The notes beneath the pieces are model-generated. The model had not been told where the DNA came from and did no database searches. It saw only the letters and a list, made by a program, of their open reading frames with translations. Of a stretch of 64,000 nucleotides of DNA, positions 40,021 through 48,524 are shown piece after piece (position 1 is the first letter of the stretch; each line of letters begins with the position of its first letter). This stretch comes from Cyanomargarita calcarea GSE-NOS-MK-12-04C (GTDB lineage Bacteria > Cyanobacteriota > Cyanobacteriia > Cyanobacteriales > Nostocaceae): positions 253 through 64,252 of the forward strand of contig JAHHGZ010000029.1 in the NCBI GenBank assembly GCA_019359595.1. The letters run 5' to 3'. Position numbers and translations under genes: made by a program.

Positions 40021-40152
40021 TTAGACGGAAGGAGTTATATATTGCATCTATACAAGGGTAGGCAATAAAAAGCGAGAAATCTGATAATTTGGTAGAAGAG
40101 GAGGTACAAAAAAGCCTGCTCTTTTGCCAGTTTATTGACTGATGACCTATAA

Positions 40153-40458
40153 GTGCTTTTTATTCAAGGAATGGTTATGAATTATCAAAAGCTAGATACC
40201 GCCCTTGCTATGGCGTTGAATGATGTTCAAGACCCTGAAGAACCTAGTTTGATAGTATTTATTCATACTAAAGAAGCCCCAGATGCAGATGCGATCGCTT
40301 TGCTAGAAAATTTGGGCGTTAATGGTGTCAGTAGTGCAAATGATATCTTTACTGCTACATTGTCGGTTAATGCTATTTCTCAGTTGTCGGAGGAACCTTG
40401 GGTACAGTATATAAAATTGTCGCAAAAATTACGTTTCCTTAATCAAGTGCTTCGTTGA
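40153..40458 (+). CDS. free-standing paralogue of the subtilase N-terminal (propeptide-like) domain
   Basis: 101 aa that aligns with residues about 10-100 of the upstream S8 protein. LIVFIHTKEAPDADAIALLENLGV..TATLSVNAISQLSEEPWVQYIKLSQKL matches VVFIYCDEQADLSHLEQYGI..TAYLPIDALDALSEDPEVQRIKPSRKM. Confidence 0.5.
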   Translation: MLFIQGMVMNYQKLDTALAMALNDVQDPEEPSLIVFIHTKEAPDADAIALLENLGVNGVSSANDIFTATLSVNAISQLSEEPWVQYIKLSQKLRFLNQVLR

Positions 40459-41074
40459 TAAGTAGGTAGATTGACATAAATAAACTTAAAGTAAAATTTT
40501 GTTGATAGGGCGGGCAGGATACCAACTCCACAAGAGTGATATGAATATTGTGGGGTGAGGCTCTCTAGTCCGCCCATTTTATATTTAATCCAGAGGTTGA
40601 GCATTTTTCAGTCTCACTTGATGCCTGAGATAAGACTGAAGTTTTTTGTGGGATATTCAAGCTAATTGGAGTCCGACAATTGAAAAACAAATTATCGCAG
40701 AACTAAAGGAACCTGTTGCAGAGAAAGGGAAGAAAAATAAGCCAAAATCTACAGTTCAAGCTCTCTGTTTGTTTGTTGCAGGTATAGGATTGCTAAGTTT
40801 GGGTTTATGTATGCAGGCAAATGCGATGTTCCCAAGGGGAACCGCTACGCGATCGCGCAAGCTTTGCGAGAAGCAGCCAGAATTTCAGTACAACAAGCAA
40901 TTCCAAGTTTAAGTGATAAGTAAATAAGGTGAAACAACCGTAGAAAGCTTGCTTGGTTGCATACTTGTCGTCATAGGAGTGCATAAGTTGATTTTGCTTA
41001 CACCTATTGAGTATAGGAGGAAGTTGCAAGCAAGCTTAACTTCTGTCATTTCAATTACACTCGAAGAGGTGCAA

Positions 41075-41357
41075 GATCCCCGACTTCTTAAAGAATACCG
41101 CTGGTGAATCAGGGGTAAGACCCCTCCGAAACCCGTAATCCCACCGTCACCATATAATGGTGCGGCTAATTGAACAAAGCCCACAGTAAGGTGGGCTAAA
41201 TAAAGAATTTAGCCCACCTTACTGTGGGCTTTGTATCAATAGCCCCAGGCTTCTAGCCTACGGGCGGTTGTTGGGTATATGAGAGAACTGCTTGAATCAA
41301 TATTGAGGGGTTAGACCTACCATTCGCTCTTCTGTATCCTTTAAGAAGTAGGGGATC
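41075..41357. mobile_element. MITE-like element with 24-bp TIRs (GATCCCCGACTTCTTAAAGAATAC / GTATCCTTTAAGAAGTAGGGGATC) and a nested perfect 25-bp-stem palindrome
   Basis: The TIRs at 41075-41098 and 41334-41357 are reverse complements with 2 mismatches. The internal AAAGCCCACAGTAAGGTGGGCTAAA-taaagaa-TTTAGCCCACCTTACTGTGGGCTTT spans 41176-41232. The element is non-coding. Confidence 0.6.
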
Positions 41358-41514
41358 TGACCCTCACAAGTCGTCATAATTAATGTGGTGGAGTACTAAG
41401 TTCGACGGAAATAAACCGACCATCATAAATAGCACCGAAACCTTACTATATAATTCTTCTTTCTTGTTACTTTTGCCTTTTCACTTTTGCCTTATTCTAC
41501 TAGGGTGTTAATTT

Positions 41515-44500
41515 ATGGAAATATGGATAAATTTGGAGTTTGGTGACGGGAACTTTGAATGCGGATTTGCTAAAATCAATCTTAACGTAACGGTAGCAAA
41601 TGGACAGGAGAATATCACACAACAAGAAGTCCAACTACCTCCAAATACAGAAATTTCAGATTCCTATCAACGTTGGAAAGAGCAATACTATTCCTTACTA
41701 AACCATTCCAGAGGTGGTTTTAAAAATAACCAAGTTACTCATATATCCAAAATAGATTGTCATAGTTCTGCTCAGGGTTTATGCCGTCATCTTCATCAGT
41801 GGCTTCACCCTATTCAGTCACAATTAGAACAAGCACTCTCACAAGACTCTCAACCAGAAATTCGTTTATTTATCCACACAGAGAAAATTACCTGCCTCAC
41901 CACCAAAGACATCTTACATCGACTACCTTGGCAAGAATGGGGTTTTTTCGCTCAAAAGTTTTTCTGCGAAGCGGCTGTTTGTTTTCACTCTTTTGTTGCA
42001 AGTACTGCGACATCGAAAAAATTATCGACTTCTGGTAAAATTAGAAGAGCTAGGATTATCAGTATTTTTGGAGACAGTACAGATATTGATATCAGTGGAG
42101 ATAAAAAATTACTTGAAAAATTGAAGAAACGGTCGGCAGAACTCATCATTCTGACAGAACCAACTCGTTCTGATTTTAATATGCTCTGGGAAGAAGCCTG
42201 CGATATCCTATTTTTTGCCGGTCATAGCGAAACAAAAGGTGAGGGTCAAACAGGCATAATAAATATTAATCCCAATGATAGTTTAAGTTTAGCAGAAATC
42301 AAAAGAACATTGAAGGCAGCAATTAATAAAGGTTTAAAATTAGCAATTTTCAATTCCTGCGATGGTCTAGGTTTAGCAAAGCAATTAGCAGATTTAAACT
42401 TACCTTATATTATTGTTTGGCGGGAAGTTGTACCAGATAAATTAGCACAAAAGTTTCTCCAATATTTTTTAAGTTCTTTTTCCAAGGGTGAATCTTTATT
42501 TAATTCAGTCCGACAAGCAAGAGATAAGCTGAAAGAACTTGCAAACGACAAAGATATTGAGAAGCGGCTACCGGGGGTAAGTTGGTTGCCAATTATCTGT
42601 AAAAATACAACTGAGCTTGCACCGAGTTGGGAAGATTTAGGAGGGCTTTCTGGTGAACTTCCTCTTAGTCCCTACCAGGGTTTATCTGCGTTTCAAAAGG
42701 AAAATGCAGATTACTTTTTTGGTAGGGAGAAGTTTATTGCTAAGTTAGTAGAAGCAGCCAACAGCAACCCGTTAGTGCCTGTCATTGGTGCATCTGGGAG
42801 TGGAAAGTCGTCTGTAGTGTTTGCCGGGTTGATTCCCCGTTTACAAGCTACTGAGAATGCAGAGATAATCAATTTTCGACCGGGGAAAAATCCGTTTGAT
42901 GCAATGGCAGTGGCATTGAGCAAATATTGCCAGTCTGCGGTACTAGAATTTGAGGTCAACTTGCGACATGATGAGACAGTATTATGCCGTTTGATTGAAA
43001 ATATTGTTAATTCTTTAGGATATCAGCGTTTGGTGTTAGTAGCAGATCAGTTTGAAGAACTTTACACTCTTGCTGCTCAGGAAGAACGTCACAGTTTTTT
43101 AAGATCGCTGCTTTTGGCTGTAACATATGCTCGGTCGTTTACGCTGGTGCTAACATTGCGAGCAGATTTTTTGGGAATTGTGCTTGACGAGCAATCAATG
43201 GGAAAGGCTTTGCAACAATACCCCCCATTGTTACTGACTGCGATGGATAGGGAGGAATTGCGAGATGCGATCGAAAAACCAGCGTTAAAGATGAAGGTGG
43301 AACTGGAGGAGGGGTTAACAAGTAAACTAATTAATGATGTAGGCGATCGCCCTGGTCGTTTACCTCTTTTGGAGTTTGCCTTAACTCAACTGTGGTCGAA
43401 ACAGAAAAATTGGTATTTGACGCATCAAGCTTATGAAGAAATTGGCGGTTTAGAAAAAGCTTTAGCAAAACATGCTTCGGAAGTCTTAAAGCTGCTATCT
43501 GCCGTGAAAGAACAACAAGCAGAAAGGGTGTTTATTCAGTTAGTGCGTCCAGGGGAAGGGACGGAGGATACCAGACGTGTTGCGACTCGCAACGAGGTGA
43601 GGGAAGAAAATTGGGGTTTAGTCAAACATTTGGCTGATGAGCGTTTGGTGGTGACTGGGTGGGATGAAGTTAATGAAATAGAAACAGTAGAAATTGTCCA
43701 TGAAGCGTTGATTCGAGAATGGGGAACTCTGCGAGAGTGGATAACAGCTAACCGTGAGTTTCGCATTTGGCAAGAAAGGTTCAAGGAAGATGTGCGTGAC
43801 TGGGAAAATAGTAATCAAAACCCAGAAGCATTATTGCAAGGAACGCGCCTAGCTGTAGCAGAAGATTGGTATAATCACAGAGGAGATGAATTAACACCAC
43901 GAGCGCGAGATTTTATTACTGCTAGCATTACATGGCGGAAACAAGAGCAGCAAAAACAGAGGCACAGACGACAGCTAACTACTTTTGGGCTTACTGGTGT
44001 TTCGCTGGTAGCTTTGATGCTAGCTGGGGCCGCTTGGTGGCAATCGCAGAATGCCCAATTGAACGAAATCAAAGCTATTAGTGTATCAAGTAAAGCGCTT
44101 TTAACCTTGGAGCAAGATTTTGAAGCGCTGATAGAAAGTTTAAGGGCATCTAGAAAACTGAAAGAAACACCATCTGTTCTGATATTTCATAGATTTCAGG
44201 AAAAGGCTGATATCCAAAAGCAGATTGATATTTTATTACAAAATGCACTCTATAAAGTTACGGAACGCAATCGACTAGAAAAGCATAAAGATGAGGTTAC
44301 AGACGTTAGTTTCAGCCCCGACGGTAAGATAATTGCCACTGCAAGTAAAGACAAAACTGTCAAACTCTGGAGTTTGGATGGGGCTCAGATACAAACACTC
44401 AAAGGTCATAAAGATTGGGTGCGTAGTGTCCGTTTTAGCTCCACAGGGAAAACAATTGCCACAGCTAGTTGGGATGGAACTGTCAAACTTTGGACAACAG

Positions 44501-46137
44501 AAGGTAAATTAATGACTACTCTAACAGGGCATAATACAAAGGTTTATAGTGTGAGCTTTAGCCCTGACGGAAAGACAATTGCTAGCGCTGATGCCAAAGG
44601 ATATGTAAAAGTCTGGACTTTGGAAGGTAAATTCATCAAAACTTTCAAGGCACATGACCAGCCTGTCTTGAGCCTGAGTTTCAGTCCTGATGGTAATACT
44701 CTTGCCACTGCCAGTCAGGATAAAACTGTCAAACTCTGGAGCCGGAATGAGAAACTACTGCGAACCTTGACTGGACATAAAGATTGGGTTTGGAGCGTTA
44801 GTTTCAGCCCTGATAGTCAAAAAATTGCTACCGCTAGTAGGGATGAAACTGGGAAGCTCTGGAGCATTGAGGGAAAAGAGATAAAAACCCTAAAGGATGA
44901 TAAAAATTCGGTCACTAGCGTTAGTTTTAGTCCTGATGGAAAGCAAATTGTTACTGTCGGTGCTGACCAAACTATTAAAATCTGGGACGAATCTGGCCAG
45001 AAGCTCCAAACCCTGATGAGCGGACATAAAGATTGGATCTGGAGCGTCAGTTTCAGTCCTGACGGAAAGATGATGGCCACTGCTAGCAAGGATGGAACTG
45101 CAAAACTCTGGCAATTGAAAGGGAAAAAACATTACATTCAGCAGGCGCATAATGTTGCGATTTATTGCGTAAGTTTTAGCCCTGATGAAAAGGAATATGC
45201 CACCGCTAGTAAGGACAAAACTGTCAAACTTTGGAAGCGCTCAGGTGAATTAATTAAAACCCTTAAATTAGATAACAGTAGCAATGATACATGGTTTACT
45301 CACATCAGTTTTAGCCCTAATGGACAAAGAATTGCTACCGCTACTCAAGATGGCACTGTCATACTTTGGAATCGTCAAGGAGAGAAAATAAAAACTTTCC
45401 AAGGGCACAATAAAAAATGGATATGGCAAGTGAGTTTTAGCCCTGATGGCAACACTCTTGCCACTGCCGGTCATGACGGCATTGTCAAATTCTGGAACTT
45501 AGATGGTAAGCTAATCCAAAGTATTAAGGCACATACAAAAGGTAAAAATGAAGATGGGGAAGGGGCTAATAGCGTCAGTTTTAGTCCTGATGGCAAAATT
45601 ATCGCCACCGCTGGTTGGGACAAAACAGTCAAACTTTGGACAAGAGAAGGTAAACTAATCAAAACCCTTAGACAGCATCAAGATGGGGTTCATAGTGTCA
45701 GTTTCAGTCCCAACGGCAAGATGATTGCTAGTGCCAGTGAGGATAGAACTGTTAAACTTTGGACGCTTGAAGGTAAATTAATCACAACTCTCAAAGGCCA
45801 TGAAGCTGGAGTCTTCCGTGTCAAATTTAGTCCAGATAGCAAAACAATTGCTACTGGCAGTTTAGATAAGACTGTAAAACTCTGGAGTCTTGACGGTAAA
45901 GAACTGAAAACCTACAAAGGACATGGTGATTCTGTCATGAGCCTTAATTTCAGCCGTGATGGGAATCACCTGATCTCAGCCGATAAAGCCGGAAAAATTA
46001 TTATCTGGGATTTGGGATTAGACTCAAATCAACTACTGATTGATGGTTGCAATTGGGTAGGTGACTATCTGAAGAATAATCCCCAGGTGAGTGAGAGCGA
46101 TCGCACTTTGTGTCAGGGAATTGGAATTCAAAAGTGA
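41515..46137 (+). CDS. CHAT (caspase-like) protease - STAND/NACHT-type P-loop NTPase - TM - 14 x WD40 repeat protein
   Basis: 1540 aa. The CHAT His/Cys dyad context is FFAGHSETKGEGQ and AIFNSCDGLGLA. Walker A is VIGASGSGKSSVVFAG and Walker B is LVLVADQFEEL. A hydrophobic helix LTGVSLVALMLAGAAWW sits near residue 830. From about 900 onward there are 14 WD repeats (SFSPDGK..WD). Confidence 0.85.
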   Translation: MEIWINLEFGDGNFECGFAKINLNVTVANGQENITQQEVQLPPNTEISDSYQRWKEQYYSLLNHSRGGFKNNQVTHISKIDCHSSAQGLCRHLHQWLHPIQSQLEQALSQDSQPEIRLFIHTEKITCLTTKDILHRLPWQEWGFFAQKFFCEAAVCFHSFVASTATSKKLSTSGKIRRARIISIFGDSTDIDISGDKKLLEKLKKRSAELIILTEPTRSDFNMLWEEACDILFFAGHSETKGEGQTGIININPNDSLSLAEIKRTLKAAINKGLKLAIFNSCDGLGLAKQLADLNLPYIIVWREVVPDKLAQKFLQYFLSSFSKGESLFNSVRQARDKLKELANDKDIEKRLPGVSWLPIICKNTTELAPSWEDLGGLSGELPLSPYQGLSAFQKENADYFFGREKFIAKLVEAANSNPLVPVIGASGSGKSSVVFAGLIPRLQATENAEIINFRPGKNPFDAMAVALSKYCQSAVLEFEVNLRHDETVLCRLIENIVNSLGYQRLVLVADQFEELYTLAAQEERHSFLRSLLLAVTYARSFTLVLTLRADFLGIVLDEQSMGKALQQYPPLLLTAMDREELRDAIEKPALKMKVELEEGLTSKLINDVGDRPGRLPLLEFALTQLWSKQKNWYLTHQAYEEIGGLEKALAKHASEVLKLLSAVKEQQAERVFIQLVRPGEGTEDTRRVATRNEVREENWGLVKHLADERLVVTGWDEVNEIETVEIVHEALIREWGTLREWITANREFRIWQERFKEDVRDWENSNQNPEALLQGTRLAVAEDWYNHRGDELTPRARDFITASITWRKQEQQKQRHRRQLTTFGLTGVSLVALMLAGAAWWQSQNAQLNEIKAISVSSKALLTLEQDFEALIESLRASRKLKETPSVLIFHRFQEKADIQKQIDILLQNALYKVTERNRLEKHKDEVTDVSFSPDGKIIATASKDKTVKLWSLDGAQIQTLKGHKDWVRSVRFSSTGKTIATASWDGTVKLWTTEGKLMTTLTGHNTKVYSVSFSPDGKTIASADAKGYVKVWTLEGKFIKTFKAHDQPVLSLSFSPDGNTLATASQDKTVKLWSRNEKLLRTLTGHKDWVWSVSFSPDSQKIATASRDETGKLWSIEGKEIKTLKDDKNSVTSVSFSPDGKQIVTVGADQTIKIWDESGQKLQTLMSGHKDWIWSVSFSPDGKMMATASKDGTAKLWQLKGKKHYIQQAHNVAIYCVSFSPDEKEYATASKDKTVKLWKRSGELIKTLKLDNSSNDTWFTHISFSPNGQRIATATQDGTVILWNRQGEKIKTFQGHNKKWIWQVSFSPDGNTLATAGHDGIVKFWNLDGKLIQSIKAHTKGKNEDGEGANSVSFSPDGKIIATAGWDKTVKLWTREGKLIKTLRQHQDGVHSVSFSPNGKMIASASEDRTVKLWTLEGKLITTLKGHEAGVFRVKFSPDSKTIATGSLDKTVKLWSLDGKELKTYKGHGDSVMSLNFSRDGNHLISADKAGKIIIWDLGLDSNQLLIDGCNWVGDYLKNNPQVSESDRTLCQGIGIQK

Positions 46138-46184
46138 ACGACTAAAAGCACAAAAGAATTCTAATAATGCTGACAGTGTTTTCC

Positions 46185-46928
46185 CTAGTCAAAAGGAGTT
46201 TTGAATCCAGCAAATTCCCTTAAGTAGGCGAGAATAGAAGTGCCATTTTCATCTGTAGAACCCTGGTTACTCAGCAGCAGATTGGCAACCCCTCTTTCGC
46301 CACGCAGATGCGCCGCTGCCAGAATTCCGGATGGAGTGACGACTACTCCTCCTCGTTTTTGCCCAATAAATTCTTTTATTGAGCGTCCATTGAGTTGATT
46401 TTTGATCAAACCCCACTTGTATTGCATAGCTTCTTGAATAGCTATTTCTTGCACATTGTTCTTATTGTTCAGGAAATCTTGCTTGCTATTGATCCCATTT
46501 TTTCCTCTCCATGTACCGCGCCAATAATTCCTATCTACACCATTTCCTCCACCGATATAGGGATTAGGTGTATCGTAATAGCCAAGGTCTTTTAGCAAGG
46601 CTTCTCCGAATTGATACTTGCCTATAAAACCCAGCTGGTTCTCAATGTTAGTAGGTGGATTTTGTTGTCCTGTTTCCCTGCGTGCAAGTGCTGTAAAAAA
46701 GTCTTTGTAACTTCCCCTAACTCCAGATTTCTGCTTTGTTTGTGCGGTATCATCGCTTTTGTTGAAGATACTACTAGCGTAGCTAGATTCGGGTGGTAAA
46801 AATGATATTGTTAAAAGTGAACACGCCACTAGTCCAACAGCAGAAAGTTTATTAATTTTTCGTTTCAAGGATTTTGTTTTGAGCAATTGAGTCATGATAT
46901 TTGATGCAATGTAAGGTTTTAATTTCAT
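46185..46928 (-). CDS. hypothetical secreted protein (signal peptide; possible cell-wall-binding/muramidase-like)
   Basis: 247 aa with an N-terminal signal-like segment (LSAVGLVACSLLTISFL). The GFIGKYQFGEALLKDLGYY region is unassigned. Confidence 0.3.
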   Translation of the reverse strand: MKLKPYIASNIMTQLLKTKSLKRKINKLSAVGLVACSLLTISFLPPESSYASSIFNKSDDTAQTKQKSGVRGSYKDFFTALARRETGQQNPPTNIENQLGFIGKYQFGEALLKDLGYYDTPNPYIGGGNGVDRNYWRGTWRGKNGINSKQDFLNNKNNVQEIAIQEAMQYKWGLIKNQLNGRSIKEFIGQKRGGVVVTPSGILAAAHLRGERGVANLLLSNQGSTDENGTSILAYLREFAGFKTPFD

Positions 46929-46985
46929 CAGAATGTTTATTTGATTGTTAGCCCCAAAAATTTTAGGACTTGAACATTAACAGAG

Positions 46986-48446
46986 TTATTCAGATTCGCA
47001 CTGACTCAATTTTAAAGAGAGCGCTTCTATCCTATTCAATCCAAACCCGCCAAAACTTCCTACGATTTTTTTCAACAAGAAAATATTTCCGAAACGCCCT
47101 ACTGGTAGGTGTCCACGAGGAGCCTGATCAATATCGAATATGAGGTTTTTTCCGTACCATATTATTTCATACTTTTTGTGCCAGCCAACACGCTCTGCAA
47201 ACTGTTCATACATTTCCCAGTTAGGGTTAGGGTTTCCGCCAACAATTTCCTTCCAAATACGATTCTGGATACTAAAGCCGAAGCGTCCGTTACTGTATTT
47301 CACCCACAAATCATCAATTGTGAGTAAGATTTCGCACGGAAAATTTTTGAGGCTTTCGATGTCCAGGTAACCTTGTTTCACTCGCCCTGCCTGCTCAAGC
47401 ATAAGATTTACGGTTTCACGATCTGCACCCTTCCAATCTTTAACTTTGAGACACGCCAACAATACTGTGTATTTTTCATCTAATAAGTGAGGATTTAGTC
47501 GTGGACTTTTGAAGGCTTTCAGTACTTTATCTATTGAATGATAGCGTTTCCTGAAGTCGTGATATACCATTTTGTCTATAATATAAGCCAACTCATCGCT
47601 AACATTTATATCAGTCAAACCCTCGCCAATATTTATATCAGTCAAACTCTCGGTAATATTTATTTTAGTCAAACCCTCGTTAATATTTATTTTAGTCAAA
47701 CTCTTGCTAATATTTATATTTTTTCGCCAAATGAGTTCTCCTGTTGTAGAGTCTATTGGTATATTAATAATATCTCTGCCGGTTAAGGCTTGAATCCCAA
47801 TCATTCCTACTGCATAAATATCGCTGCAATAGTTTGCCTGACCCATGATTTGTTCAATTGGCATATAATCAGGAGTACCAACTACAGCTGATACGCTAGG
47901 TTGCCCTTTTGCATCGGATGTCAAAATACTAATTTGCTTAACTGCACCAAAGTCAATCACAACAATCTTGCCATCTTGTTTACGCCGCATTAAATTCTGC
48001 GGTTTAATATCTCGGTGGATAATGTTGTTGTCGTGAACAAATGCCAAGACTTCCAAAATATTCTTTAACAGTTCAACAACTGCTTGCTCATCCATCTGCT
48101 TGCCTGGAATAAGTTCTTCAGTCAAGTCATGCCCTTCAATAAATTCTTGAACTAAGTAGAATTCTCCATTTTCTTCAAAGTAGGCAAAAAGCTCAGGAAT
48201 TTGATCGTGTTGTTTCCCTAAATTCTGTAAACTTTTTGCTTCTCTATCAAAAAGCTTTTTTGCAATCTCCAAAACTTTAGGATCGCTGTCTTGAGGTTTT
48301 AAATGTTTAACGACACAAGGGCGTTCTGAGCTCAAATCTTTATCGATAGCACGATAAGTAATCCCAAACCCACCATTTCCCAAGAGTTCTTCAATACGAT
48401 AGCGTTCCTTAAGTGTTTTCCCAACTAAAGAGTTATTCTCTATCAT
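46986..48446 (-). CDS. Ser/Thr protein kinase with internal 8-aa tandem repeats and C-terminal GUN4-like domain
   Basis: 486 aa. The kinase has GNGGFGITY, HRDIKPQNL and DFG. A TKININEGLTKINITESLTDINIGEGLTDINVSDE linker follows. The C-terminal ~180 aa resemble GUN4-like domains fused to cyanobacterial kinases. Confidence 0.75.
   Translation of the reverse strand: MIENNSLVGKTLKERYRIEELLGNGGFGITYRAIDKDLSSERPCVVKHLKPQDSDPKVLEIAKKLFDREAKSLQNLGKQHDQIPELFAYFEENGEFYLVQEFIEGHDLTEELIPGKQMDEQAVVELLKNILEVLAFVHDNNIIHRDIKPQNLMRRKQDGKIVVIDFGAVKQISILTSDAKGQPSVSAVVGTPDYMPIEQIMGQANYCSDIYAVGMIGIQALTGRDIINIPIDSTTGELIWRKNINISKSLTKININEGLTKINITESLTDINIGEGLTDINVSDELAYIIDKMVYHDFRKRYHSIDKVLKAFKSPRLNPHLLDEKYTVLLACLKVKDWKGADRETVNLMLEQAGRVKQGYLDIESLKNFPCEILLTIDDLWVKYSNGRFGFSIQNRIWKEIVGGNPNPNWEMYEQFAERVGWHKKYEIIWYGKNLIFDIDQAPRGHLPVGRFGNIFLLKKIVGSFGGFGLNRIEALSLKLSQCESE
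47601..47715. repeat. 24-bp tandem repeat x ~4.5 inside the kinase CDS
   Basis: The units are AATATTTAT(A/T)T(C/T)AGTCAAAC(C/T)CT(C/T)G(C/G/T)(C/T), with successive units differing at 2-4 positions. They encode the 8-aa repeat block. Confidence 0.8.
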
Positions 48447-48524
48447 TTGGCTTCTTTCCTTGCTAGATTATTAACAATGTGTTTTTACAATCGCCGTCTC
48501 TTGTATTATGGTCTGTTTAGCTCT

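Noticed and set aside
40646-40912. 88-aa ORF with one hydrophobic segment in the 1-kb spacer before the CHAT gene
   Set aside because: It is isolated, has no motif, and is adjacent to a MITE-like element. This is insufficient evidence.
4478-45662. Numerous 60-110-aa antisense/alternate-frame ORFs inside large genes (e.g. 4478-4813, 5962-6228, 9020-9462, 32039-32693, 43139-45662)
   Set aside because: They are fully overlapped by strongly supported CDSs. WD40-repeat antisense frames in particular give long spurious ORFs.
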